From the NCBI RefSeq assembly GCF_006345805.1, contig NC_043022.1, positions 3,410,001-3,474,000 on the forward strand: a DNA stretch of 64,000 bases. Direction: 5' to 3'. Origin of the DNA: Octopus sinensis (Eukaryota). The position numbers and the translations under genes are program-made. Positions within the stretch are counted from its first letter, which is position 1, and every line of letters starts with the position of its first letter. Shown here one piece after another: positions 37,201-44,397 of the stretch. Below the pieces are notes generated by a model. The model made no database searches and had not been told where the DNA came from. It saw only the letters and a list, made by a program, of their open reading frames with translations.

Positions 37201-37484
37201 ATTCAATTCTTTAATCAGTTGTTCTACAGTTCTTACCATTCTAACAGTTTCATTAATTGCAGTATTTTAATGTGGTGTTCTAAGAAGAATGTAAATGATT
37301 TGGAATTATTTCATTTCCCACAGGAAATCCCCAGGAAGTGATGAAATATTCCTTTGAATACACAAAAAAGAATTTTGAAAATTTCAAGAAATTGTTGCAG
37401 TCAAAAAATTGGATAACAGACCACCACTTATTAGGAGCTGACGAATGGCGAGTGGATTTAATGATGAATAAGAAGAAGGATTAA
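4500..37484 (+). CDS. RUSF1: RUS1/DUF647-family protein (RUSF1/C16orf58-like), 13 coding exons, 5' end not found
   Basis: Joined exons total 1194 nt with consistent phases and GT-AG ends. Motifs include VFLPQGYPESVSEDYLSYQIWDSIQAFASS, LDCNAKRYRLLADILND, TRAALSQHQARRNNMADVSVKDSSQETLVN and LLGADEWR, recognised from the vertebrate RUS1-family protein. Confidence 0.92.
4590..4894 (+). mobile_element. Non-autonomous Helitron, family 1
   Basis: A|TCTTTATATATAAAAC 5' end, subterminal hairpin CCTG-AGCAACGC-CGGG, CTAG|T 3' end; inserted between A and T. Confidence 0.85.
5628..6126. mobile_element. Two adjacent TTAA MITEs (~220 bp, second family)
   Basis: TTAACCCTTTTGTTACCATATT ... ATCAAAAG(GG)TTAA; further copies near 30447-30673, 40257-40780, 40860-42025 and 47867-48081. 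Confidence 0.7.
6158..6420. mobile_element. Possible hAT-type MITE
   Basis: CAGTAGTTCTCAA ... GGTAACAACTG imperfect termini. Confidence 0.4.
6645..7430 (+). mobile_element. tRNA-derived SINE (GGCGGCGAG.TGGCAGAA family) followed by three tandem 5'-truncated copies (~183-bp period)
   Basis: B-box-like GAGTTCAAAT; units joined at GGTAT. Single copies at about 16675-16875, 20695-20915, 33385-33612, 38130-38355, 48313-48540, 57585-57812 and 60960-61860. Confidence 0.8.
7908..8022 (+). CDS. RUSF1: RUSF1-like exon (AFASSITGTLATQSVLKGIGVGNEQATVLGATLTWLLK)
   Basis: tctccag acceptor, gtcgga donor, phase 0/1. Confidence 0.9.
8686..9745 (-). mobile_element. 3' end of a CR1/L2-clade LINE with an internal tandem expansion
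   Basis: Minus strand encodes LEAVQRCATKRIP...LKLRRLAADL...TRGHVYKVRKQHSSHDFRKHFFRLRVADAWNKLPASVV; (TTA)n tail at 8686-8700. Confidence 0.88.
8864..9546. repeat. 173-bp tandem repeat x4 inside the LINE
   Basis: Units start TCAGGAAGCAT at 8864, 9037, 9210 and 9383; junction filler CAGACGGAC. Confidence 0.92.
9775..10376. repeat. ~26-bp minisatellite (CATGTATACACAGAAACACACACACA)n
   Basis: Direct reading; it produces the spurious long ORFs here. Confidence 0.95.
10601..10646 (+). CDS. RUSF1: RUSF1-like exon (DCTGMMGQIIFAWVQG)
   Basis: tcttcag acceptor, gtaagt donor, phase 1/2. Confidence 0.88.
11925..12547 (+). mobile_element. RTE-clade LINE 3' end (ORF terminus, 3' UTR with ~62-bp repeats, (GAT)n tail)
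   Basis: LGLTEEMTRDRDLWKYAVREKTRRDK* is followed by the GGCACGTAAAAAGCACC repeats and GTTAAATGATGATGATG. UTR-only copies are common (e.g. 16195-16480, 16920-17225, 39155-40060, 59251-59555). Confidence 0.75.
12731..12763 (+). CDS. RUSF1: RUSF1-like 33-nt exon (TNLDCNAKRYR)
   Basis: ctttgtag acceptor, gtgagc donor, phase 2/2; supplies the conserved LDCNAK motif. Confidence 0.88.
12815..13256 (+). mobile_element. Short RTE-derived element, second family
   Basis: Ends ...GRTIFYPDVISRDTGIQQQDLCNAVMDREVWRSMV.. plus (TGA)n; a matching 3' end lies on the - strand at 16495-16680. Confidence 0.7.
14566..14674 (+). CDS. RUSF1: RUSF1-like exon (LLADILNDVAIFLDILASLIPAQLFIFMVCLSSLCR)
   Basis: catttctag acceptor, gtgagt donor, phase 2/0. 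Confidence 0.9.
14780..15136 (-). mobile_element. Composite tRNA-derived SINE copy
   Basis: Same family as 1806-3730. Other copies at about 17626-18470 (two, +), 22740-23110, 27195-27610, 32757-33150, 33785-34198, 36140-36560, 36785-37180, 41580-41998, 42865-43260 and 56362-56752. Confidence 0.8.
15636..15843 (-). mobile_element. CR1/L2-clade LINE 3' terminal fragment
   Basis: Matches 8686-8890. Confidence 0.8.
15924..16150. mobile_element. Inverted-repeat element with outward-facing hammerhead motifs (Penelope-like terminal repeats)
   Basis: ~90-bp arms around a ~50-bp spacer. + arm: CUGAAGA-GACCC/GGGUU-GAAACAUGUU (16112-16146). - arm: CUGAUGA-GACCC..GGCUC-AAAACAUGUU (degenerate). Confidence 0.7.
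18547..18648 (+). CDS. RUSF1: RUSF1-like exon (SIVGIAGASTRAALSQHQARRNNMADVSVKDSSQ)
   Basis: tttccag acceptor, gtgagt donor, phase 0/0. Confidence 0.92.
19157..19455 (+). mobile_element. tRNA-derived SINE (GTGGAGGCGCAATGGCCCAGTGG family)
   Basis: A box TGGCCCAGTG.. and B box GTTTCGATTCC. Copies at about 22242-22400, 34950-35237, 50283-50568, 58368-58755 and 60185-60577. Confidence 0.8.
20048..20336. repeat. GA-rich minisatellite (AGAGAGAGACAAAGAGGG-type)
   Basis: Direct reading. Confidence 0.9.
20970..21390 (+). mobile_element. Solo LTR (421 bp)
   Basis: TGTAG...GTTACA termini, 4-bp CATG duplication on both sides (20966-20969, 21391-21394), internal AATAAA near 21268. Confidence 0.72.
21474..21544 (+). 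CDS. RUSF1: RUSF1-like exon (ETLVNVTALLFNLILTPFVSKYK)
   Basis: ctttccag acceptor, gtaagt donor, phase 0/2. Confidence 0.9.
21595..21899 (-). mobile_element. Non-autonomous Helitron, family 1, second copy
   Basis: Reverse complement of 4590-4894: 5' TCTTTATATATAAAA, hairpin CCCG-AGCAACGC-CGGG, end CCAG instead of CTAG. Confidence 0.85.
23374..24790 (+). repeat. Higher-order tandem array: ~187-bp trimer of ~62-bp monomers x ~7.6, inside an RTE 3' UTR
   Basis: Monomer A starts at 23374, 23561, 23748, 23933, 24121, 24308, 24493 and 24679. Confidence 0.92.
25008..25192 (+). CDS. RUSF1: RUSF1-like exon (LVFYLFTFFTMLHLYSNYSAIKSVTMETINQSRL...EPVIF)
   Basis: catttcag acceptor, gtgagt donor, phase 2/1. 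Confidence 0.9.
26328..26747 (+). mobile_element. Non-autonomous Helitron, family 2
   Basis: A|TCTCTCTATATATAAAC start, CCCGGGCAATGCTGGG hairpin, CTAG|T end. Confidence 0.75.
27031..27088 (+). CDS. RUSF1: RUSF1-like exon (ATYRKMSIHLGCSINRIYP)
   Basis: cattttcag acceptor, gtaagt donor, phase 1/2. Confidence 0.82.
28173..28196. repeat. Perfect 24-bp palindrome GTTCGTCGGACATGTCCGACGAAC
   Basis: Direct reading. Confidence 0.95.
29296..29331 (+). ncRNA. Hammerhead-like motif with CUGUUGA core variant
   Basis: CUUU-CUGUUGA-A-GAGC(GUAG)GCUC-GAAACGUA^AAAG; A6 is replaced by U. Confidence 0.55.
29499..29572 (+). CDS. RUSF1: RUSF1-like exon (ESNLANLKEIYKDSKYLVFTDLVD)
   Basis: ttttgcag acceptor, gtaagt donor, phase 2/1. 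Confidence 0.82.
29767..30105. mobile_element. MITE with ~65-bp imperfect terminal inverted repeats built of GGAAAGTTT-like motifs
   Basis: GAAAGTTTGCCTCAGGATTTTTGGCCATAGGAAAG... versus ...CTTTCCTACGGCCAAAATTCCCGAGGCAAATTTTC. Confidence 0.55.
30150..30383. mobile_element. Tc1/mariner-type MITE
   Basis: CAGGGTGACCCAAAAGTAGGCTTACAGTT ... AACTGTAAACCTACTTTTGGGCCACCCTG. Confidence 0.75.
31875..32412. repeat. Compound (TG)/(TATG)n microsatellite
   Basis: Direct reading; ends ~35 nt before an exon acceptor. Confidence 0.95.
32446..32561 (+). CDS. RUSF1: RUSF1-like exon (GHIYILLCNGSTVEDQLEGCFQAEVINAAIDNLISPQIL)
   Basis: cattgcaag acceptor (weak pyrimidine tract), gtaagt donor, phase 1/0. Confidence 0.8.
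34341..34567. repeat. Near-perfect fold-back (108/109-bp arms, ~10-nt loop)
   Basis: CATCACAATCAAGGAACGGCC...AATTAAAA GGGTAAATGT TTTTAATT...GGCCGTTCCTTGATTGTGATG; one mismatch and one indel. Confidence 0.92.
34738..34775 (+). ncRNA. Hammerhead-like motif with CUGUAGA core variant
   Basis: UCUUU-CUGUAGA-A-GAGC(GUAG)GCUC-GAAACGUA^AAAGA; perfect 5-bp stem I; same family as 29296. Confidence 0.58.
35489..35534 (+). CDS. RUSF1: RUSF1-like exon (EHNKTLQKLTESARD)
   Basis: tttctcag acceptor, gtaagt donor, phase 0/1; bridges the neighbouring exon phases. Confidence 0.72.
37324..37484 (+). CDS. RUSF1: RUSF1-like last coding exon (...NWITDHHLLGADEWRVDLMMNKKKD*)
   Basis: ttcccacag acceptor, phase 1, conserved DEWR motif, TAA at 37482-37484. 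Confidence 0.88.
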
Positions 37485-37528
37485 TTGAATCAAATTATAT
37501 GTTTGTTTAAGAAAGCAAAAGTGACCAG

Positions 37529-37534
37529 AATAAA
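37529..37534 (+). promoter_or_regulatory. Candidate polyadenylation signal of the RUSF1-like gene
   Basis: AATAAA 45 nt after the stop codon. Confidence 0.55.
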
Positions 37535-37847
37535 TACATTTATATCTATACGTTTTTACTTGTTTCAGTTATTTGACTACAGCCATGCTGGAGCACCACT
37601 TTTAGTTGTACAAATCGGCCCCAGGACTTATTCTTTGTAAGCTTACTACTTATTCTTTCGGTCTCTTTTGCCAAACTGCTAAGTTATGGGGACGTAAACA
37701 CACCAGCATCGGTTGTCAAGCGATGGTGGGGGAACAAACACAGACACACAAATATATACACACACACACATATATATACACAGACACACATATACACACA
37801 CACATATACACACACACACACACACCACACACACACACACACACAAG

Positions 37848-38087
37848 GCTTTTTGCCGAGTGTCTTAACCATTCTGCCAGCGTACCCTCTTACTTTCACT
37901 CAAATATTATACATAATTTATGCAAATTAGTTTGTAAACTTTAATATAGTGTGGTAAGAAGGTTGTTTCCGAACCACACGGTTCCATGTTCAGTCCTACT
38001 GCATGGCACCTTGGGCAAGTGCCTCAGGCTGATCAAAGCCTTGCAAGTGGAATTAGTAGACAGAAACTGTAAGGAGCCTGTCATATA

Positions 38088-38128
<41 letters not shown>

Positions 38129-38624
38129 CTTTACTATCCACAAGGGGCTAAACACAGAGGGGACAAACAAGGATAGACAAAGGGATTAAGTCGATTACGT
38201 CGACCCCAGTGCGTAACTGGTACTTAATTTATCGACCCTGAACGGATGAAAGGCAAAGTCGACCTCGGCAGAATTTTAACTCGGAACGTAACGGCAGACG
38301 AAATACGGCTACGCATCTCGCCCGGCGTGCTAACTTTTCTGCGTGCTCGCCACCTTATATATATATTATATATATATATATATATATATGACAGGCTCCT
38401 TACAGTTTCTGTCTACTAATTCCACTTGCAAGGCTTTGATCAGCCTGAGGCACTTGCCCAAGGTGCCATGCAGTAGGACTGAACATGGAACCGTGTGGTT
38501 CGGAAACAACCTTCTTACCACACTATATTAAAGTTTACAAACTAATTTGCATAAATTACGTATAATATTTGAGTGAAAGTAAGAGGGTACGCTGGCAGAA
38601 TGGTTAAGACACTCGGCAAAAAGC
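37848..38624. repeat. Local inverted duplication (~236-bp arms) enclosing a SINE
   Basis: 37848-38083 is the reverse complement of 38389-38624 with one visible mismatch. Confidence 0.92.
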
Positions 38625-39039
38625 TTAATAGCATTTCGTCCATCTTTACATTCTGAGTTCAAATGCCACCAAGGTTGATGTTGCCTTTCATCTGTCCAGG
38701 GTTTATAAACTAAGCACCAGTTGATTACTGGGTTCAGTTTAATTGATTTTAGCCCCTTCTCTGAAATTGCTGGCCTTGTGCCAAAATTTGAAACCGATAT
38801 TTGAATGAAAATCCAGTTTTAAATAATCCTTTCTACTATAGGCACAAGGCCTGAAATTTGGGGGGAGGGGGCCAGTCGATTAGATTGACCCCAGTGTTTC
38901 ACTGGTACTTAATTTATCGACCCTGGAAGGATGAAAGACAAAGTCGGCCTCAGTGGAATTTGAACTCAGTACATAAGGACAGACGAAATACTACTAAGCA
39001 TTTCGCCCGGCATGCTAACGATTCTGCCAGCTCGCTGCC

Positions 39040-39080
<41 letters not shown>

Positions 39081-40957
39081 CCTTTCTATTATAGGCACAA
39101 GGCCTGAAATTTGGGGGGAGGGGTTAAGTCAGTTATATCGATCCCAGTACTCAATCATCATCATCATCATCATCATCATTTAGCGTCCACTTTCCATGCT
39201 GGCATGGGTTGGACGGTTCAACTGGGGTCTGGGAAGCCAGGAGGCTGCACCAGGCCCAGTCTGATATGGCAATGTTTCTACGGCTGGATGCTCTTCCTAA
39301 CGCCAACCACTCCAGGGTGCTTTTTACGTGCCACCGGCAAGGTGCCAGACGAGGCTGGTAAACGACCACAATCGGATGGTGCTTTTTACGTGCCACCGGC
39401 ACGGAGGCCAGGCGCAGCTGGCAAACGGCCACGATCGGATGGTGCTTTTTACGTAGGATGAAAGGCAAAGTTAACCTTGACGGAATTTGAACTCAGAATG
39501 TAAAGACAGACGAAATACCACTAAGCATGCTAACAATTCTGCCAGCTTGCTGCTCTAGAATATATCCGCCCAGAATATTCTATCCATTTTATGTTCAAAC
39601 TGGCCAGATCTGTCCTATCAAACCAACCCTATAAAGGAGCTGTTGAGGTAGCGAACCATGAAATCATCATCATCATCATCATCATCGTTTAACGTCCGTT
39701 CTCCATGCTAGCACGGGTTGGACGGTTCGACCAGGGATCTGGGAAGCCAGAAGGCTGCACCAGGCTCTGGTCTTATCTGGCAATGTTTCTACAGCTGGAT
39801 GCCCTACCTAACGCCAACCACTCTGTGAGTGTAGTGGGTGCTTTTTACGTACCACCTGCACTGGTGCCAGGCGAGGCTGGCATCGGCCAGTCGGATTGGT
39901 GCATTTTACGTGCCACCTGCACGGAAGCCAGTCGAGGCGGCACTGGCTTCGGCCACGAGTCGGATGGTGCTTTTTACGTGCCACCTGCACGGAAGCCAGT
40001 CGAGGCGGCGCTGGCTTCGGCCACGATTCGGATGGTGCTTTTTACGTGCCACCGACACGGTTGAAATATGGTTGAAATTCCTCAGCATGTTCATGAGTGG
40101 TAGAGATATTGGATTGGTTTCAAGGAGGTGGCCAAGTTGTTATTGGAAAGATGGTGGACCACCTTGAGCTTCTACAGAGTTAGCAGCTTGATGTGAAAAC
40201 AGAGAAGTAAAAACATCATTTAAGGTAGGTTTCATATCCATCTAACCTGTGAGTGTTTAACCCTTTTGAGATGCTCTGTGTTTCTTTCAATTAATTTCAA
40301 ATATAACAAAGAATTTAGTAAAAGAACTTCGTTATCATTAAGCTAGTGTTAGGAACATAAATTGTGACTAAGGTTTTGTGGAAGATTTTAATTCAAAACT
40401 CATGAAACCAAGAAATTTGTACTACAGAGCCAGAGGTGGTTTCAGCTGGGTTTGTATCAAAATGGTTTATTTGCAGATTTTGTTTCACATAGTTGTTTGA
40501 CTTGTTAGAAATAGCAGCCAAATCTTGTGCTAATTGAAGTTGACTGACTGTCTTTAGCCCTTTTCTTACCATATTTCTGTTGAGATGTTCTGTGTTTCTT
40601 TCAATTACTTTAAATATAACAAAGAATTTAGTAAAATAACTTCATTATCATTAAGCTAGTGTTAAGAACATAAATTGTGACTAAGGTTTGGTTGAAGATT
40701 TTAATTCAAAACTTTTGAAAACAAGACATTTGTACTACAGAGCCAGAAGTGGTTTCAGGCGGGTTGGTATGAAAATGGTTAATTTGCAGATTTTGTTTTA
40801 CTTGTTAGAAATAGCAGCCAAATCTTCTGCAAACTGAAGACACATTTGACTGACTGTCTTTAACCCTTTTGTTACCACATTTCTGTTGAGATGCTCTATT
40901 TTGTTTTCAATTCATTTTAAATAGAAACAAAGAATTTAGTAAAATAAATTAGTTATC

Positions 40958-41452
40958 CAGTTCTATATTTAAGAGACGAGGAATTATGTACATTATTTAC
41001 ATTTGATAGATATTTGTCCTCATCTTGTTTGTTGTTAACACAGTTCGGCTGATATACCCTCCACCCTTCAGGTGTCTTGGGGAAATTCTGATCCTGGGTT
41101 CACATACCTAAGGTATTTTTTAATGTTGTTATTATTATTATTCAGGTCACTGCCTAGAATCGAACTTGGAATCTTGGGGTTAGTAGCCTGCACACTTAAC
41201 CACTACGCCATATGCCCACTAGTATATGGTGTAGTGGTTAAGAGCACAAGCTACTAACCCTAAGATTCTGAGTTCAATTCCAGGCAGTGACCTGAATAAT
41301 AATAATAATAATATCAAAAAATACTTTAGGAATGAGAACCCAGGTTTGAAATTTCCCCAAAACACCTGATGAAGGCTGGAGGGTATATCAGCCGAAACGT
41401 TGTGTTAACAAGAAACAAGACAAGGACAAATATCCATCAAATGTAAATAATG
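40958..41452. mobile_element. Palindromic head-to-head element: tRNA-like Pol III head, (AAT)n, hammerhead, tail; inserted in a TTAA MITE
   Basis: Arms 40991-41213 and 41224-41452 around a 10-nt loop. A boxes TGG(C/T)GTAGTGG, B boxes GTTCGATTC and GTTCAATTC. Flanks AAATTAGTTATC and AACTTCGTTATC look like a diverged target-site duplication. Confidence 0.8.
41361..41406 (+). ncRNA. Minimal type I hammerhead ribozyme
   Basis: AACAC-CUGAUGA-A-GGCUG(GAGGGUAUAU)CAGCC-GAAACGUU^GUGUU; perfect stems I and II; palindromic AACGUU stem III. Confidence 0.78.
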
Positions 41453-43576
41453 AACTTCGTTATCATTAAGCTAGTGTTAGGAACATAAATTGTGACTAAG
41501 GTTTGGTGGAAGATTTTAATTCAGAACTTATGAAAACAAGACATTTATACTCAGAGCCAGAGCCAGTTTCAGCCGGGTTACTCTCTTTACTCTTTACTCT
41601 TTTATTTGTTTCAGTCATTTGACTTCGGCCATGCTGGAGCACCGCCTTTAGTTGAGCAAATCGACCCCGGGACTTATTCTTTGTAAGCCCAGTAGTTATT
41701 CTATCAGTCTCTTTTGCCAAACCGCTAAGTGACGGGGACGTAAACACACCAGCATCATTTGTCAAGCAATGCTAGGGGGGAAAACACAGACACACAAACA
41801 CACACAAACATACACGCACACATACACATATATATACGACAGGCTTCTTTCAGTTTCTGACTACCAAATCCACTCACAAGGCTTTGGTCGGCCCGGGGCT
41901 ATAACAGAAGACACTTGCCCAAGATGCCACGCAGTGGGACTGAACCCGGAACCATGTGGTTGGTTAGCAAGCTACTTACCACACAGCCACTCCTGCGACT
42001 ATCAGGTTGGTATCAAAAGGGGTTAATGACAGAAGTCCAAAAACTGAAATGTCTGGTTACTGATGTGAAGGCATGCACTTAGTGGTTAGAGTATTCGACT
42101 GATGATCATAAGGTTGGGAGTTCAATTCCTAGTGGTGCATTGTGGCTTTGAGTAAGACATTTTAATTTCAGATTGCTCCAGTCCACTCATCTGGCAAAAA
42201 TGAGTTGTACCAGTAATTCAAAGGGGACCAACCTTGTCTCATTCTGTGTTACTCTGAATATCCCTGAGAACCACATTGAGTGCACATGTGTCTGTGGAGT
42301 ACTCAGCCACTTGCATGGAAATTTCATGAGCAGGCTGTCTGATTGGTCAAATCAACTGGGACCCTCATCGTCATAACCATTGGGGTCCCAGTACTTGTAC
42401 TGGGACCAGTGTATTTGACTTGTCCCCTCTCCTCAAAACCTCTGGCCTTGAAGCGTTGCCCCATCGACTCAACTAGTAAAAAGTTGTACTCGTAACCCAA
42501 AGGGCCAGCCATGTCACAGTGAACCTCCCTGAGAACTATGTTAAGGGTAGTGTCCGTGGAATTGCAGGCATACACTGGGATGGTCATGGCTGGAATACCT
42601 TTAATCACAGGTCTGTTTGAAACAACAACAATAACACTGTAAACGTGGCGACCACCACTAATTAACTTACCATCTGTTAATGAGCAGAGTGAGTTGAGAA
42701 CAGAGTTTCCTGGGCCTTAATTAAGGCCTCGTCAAACACTTGTAACAGCTGAACTGGTTTATAAAGGAGGACCTCAAAGATAGCGATGTCTGTTTCAAAT
42801 AATGTCAAAGGGCTGTAAAGAAAGAGATCTGTTTATATATATATATATATATATTTTTTTTTTCTTTTACTTGTTTCAGTCATTTGACTGTGGCCATGCT
42901 GGAGCACCGCCTTTAATCGAGCAACTCGACCCCGGGACTTATTCTTTTGTAAGCCCTGTACTTATTCTATCAGTCTCTTTTGCCGAACCGCTAAGCGACA
43001 GGGACGTAAACACACCAGCATCGGTTATCAAGCAATGCTAGGGGGACAAACACAGACACACAAACATATACACACACATACATATATATATATATGACAG
43101 GCTTCTTTCAGTTTCCGTCTACCAAATCCACTCACAAGGCATTGGTCGGCCCGGTGCTATAGCAGAAGACACTTGCCCAAGATGCCACGCAGTGGGACTG
43201 AACCCAGAACCATGTGGTTGGTAAGCAAGCTACTTACCACACAGCCACTCCTGCGCCTATATATATATATATAATTTCATCATCATCATCGTTTAACATC
43301 CGCTTTCCATGCTAGCATGGGTTGTACGAATGACTGAGGACTGGCAAACCAGATGGCTGCACCAGGCTTCAATCTTGATCTGGCAGAGTTTCTACAGCTG
43401 GATGCCCTTCCTAACGGCAGGCTGTTTGATTGATCAAATCAGCTGGAACTCTCGTCATCATAACTGACAAAGGGCCACACCTAGTTACTGATTCAGAGCA
43501 ATAACAGAGTTGGTGGGGGGGGGGAAGTTGTGTAAAGTCTTTGTGTGTGTGCTTAGCTTTAGTTTGGAGCACTAAA

Positions 43577-43815
43577 TACAGGGTGTTCAAAAAGTCTCTC
43601 CGCAGTGAATTTCTTTCACCCTGCGCATCACCATGGCACTACTTCAAGAGTTTTTCAGTGAATGGATTATTTCAAAGGGACTTTGGCCTCCAAGGTCACC
43701 TAATTTAACACTGCCAGACTTTTTTTTTCTGGGGAGCAAGTAAAGGACCAGTGTAGAAGAATCGCCCGAAAACCATTAAATACTTACTGCGGAGTGACTT
43801 TGTGACCACCCTGTA
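43577..43815 (+). mobile_element. Internally deleted Tc1-like element
   Basis: TA-CAGGGTGTTCAAAAAGTCTCTCCGCAGT ... ACTGCGGAGTGACTTTGTGACCACCCTG-TA; the remnant encodes KGLWPPRSPNLTLPDFFFWG. Confidence 0.82.
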
Positions 43816-44310
43816 TATGAGGTATTATCAAAAGGGTCCTGGATTAGTTGTGTTTAATAAAAAAATGACTTATTTACCTAAGTTTTAACTTCATCTCTGT
43901 CGAAATAGTCCCCTTGCACAGCAATACACTGGACCTAGCGTCCCTGCCACTTTTGGAATCTGGCCCGGAAGTTGTTTTCTGGAAGCGAGTTGAAGACCTT
44001 CTGTGATTCATTCTGGATCTCAACAATGGTGTTTAAACAGCAACCTTTGAATTGCATTTTCATCTTGAGGAAGAGATGGGAGTCTGCAGGTGCTAAATCT
44101 CACAAAAAGTGTGGGTGCGGAAGCATTACCACGTAGTTTTTTGTGAGAAACTCACGAGTGAGGAGAGTTTGGTGACAGGGTACATTGTCGTAGTCAAGAA
44201 TCTAATTCTTCACACTCCACAGATCCGGTTGCTTTCACTCAATGTTCTTCCTCAGATGCTTCAAAATGTCGTTGATTCTCCAGGGATTTTCTCCGCATAA
44301 TATGACCGAA
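43816..44310 (-). mobile_element. Degenerate mariner transposase 3' remnant
   Basis: Minus strand translates to DLAPADSHLFLKMKMQFKG...IQNESQKVFNSLPENNFRARFQKWQGR*VQCIAVQGDYF. Confidence 0.75.
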
Positions 44311-44391
44311 ATGTGCCAATCAAAAGAAATAGGAAATTGAAAAAAAAAAAGAAGAGGAACACAAAGGAGTATCAACACATTGGTCTGGATC

Positions 44392-44397
44392 TTTATT
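44392..44397 (-). promoter_or_regulatory. Candidate minus-strand polyadenylation site
   Basis: AATAAA, then CA about 10 nt downstream, then a GU/U-rich tract (TGTGTTG..TTTGTGTTCCTCTTCTTTTTTTT). Confidence 0.45.

Noticed and set aside
37147-37341. 64-aa ORF as the last RUSF1 exon
   Set aside because: It starts inside a SINE and is out of frame with the conserved DEWR exon.
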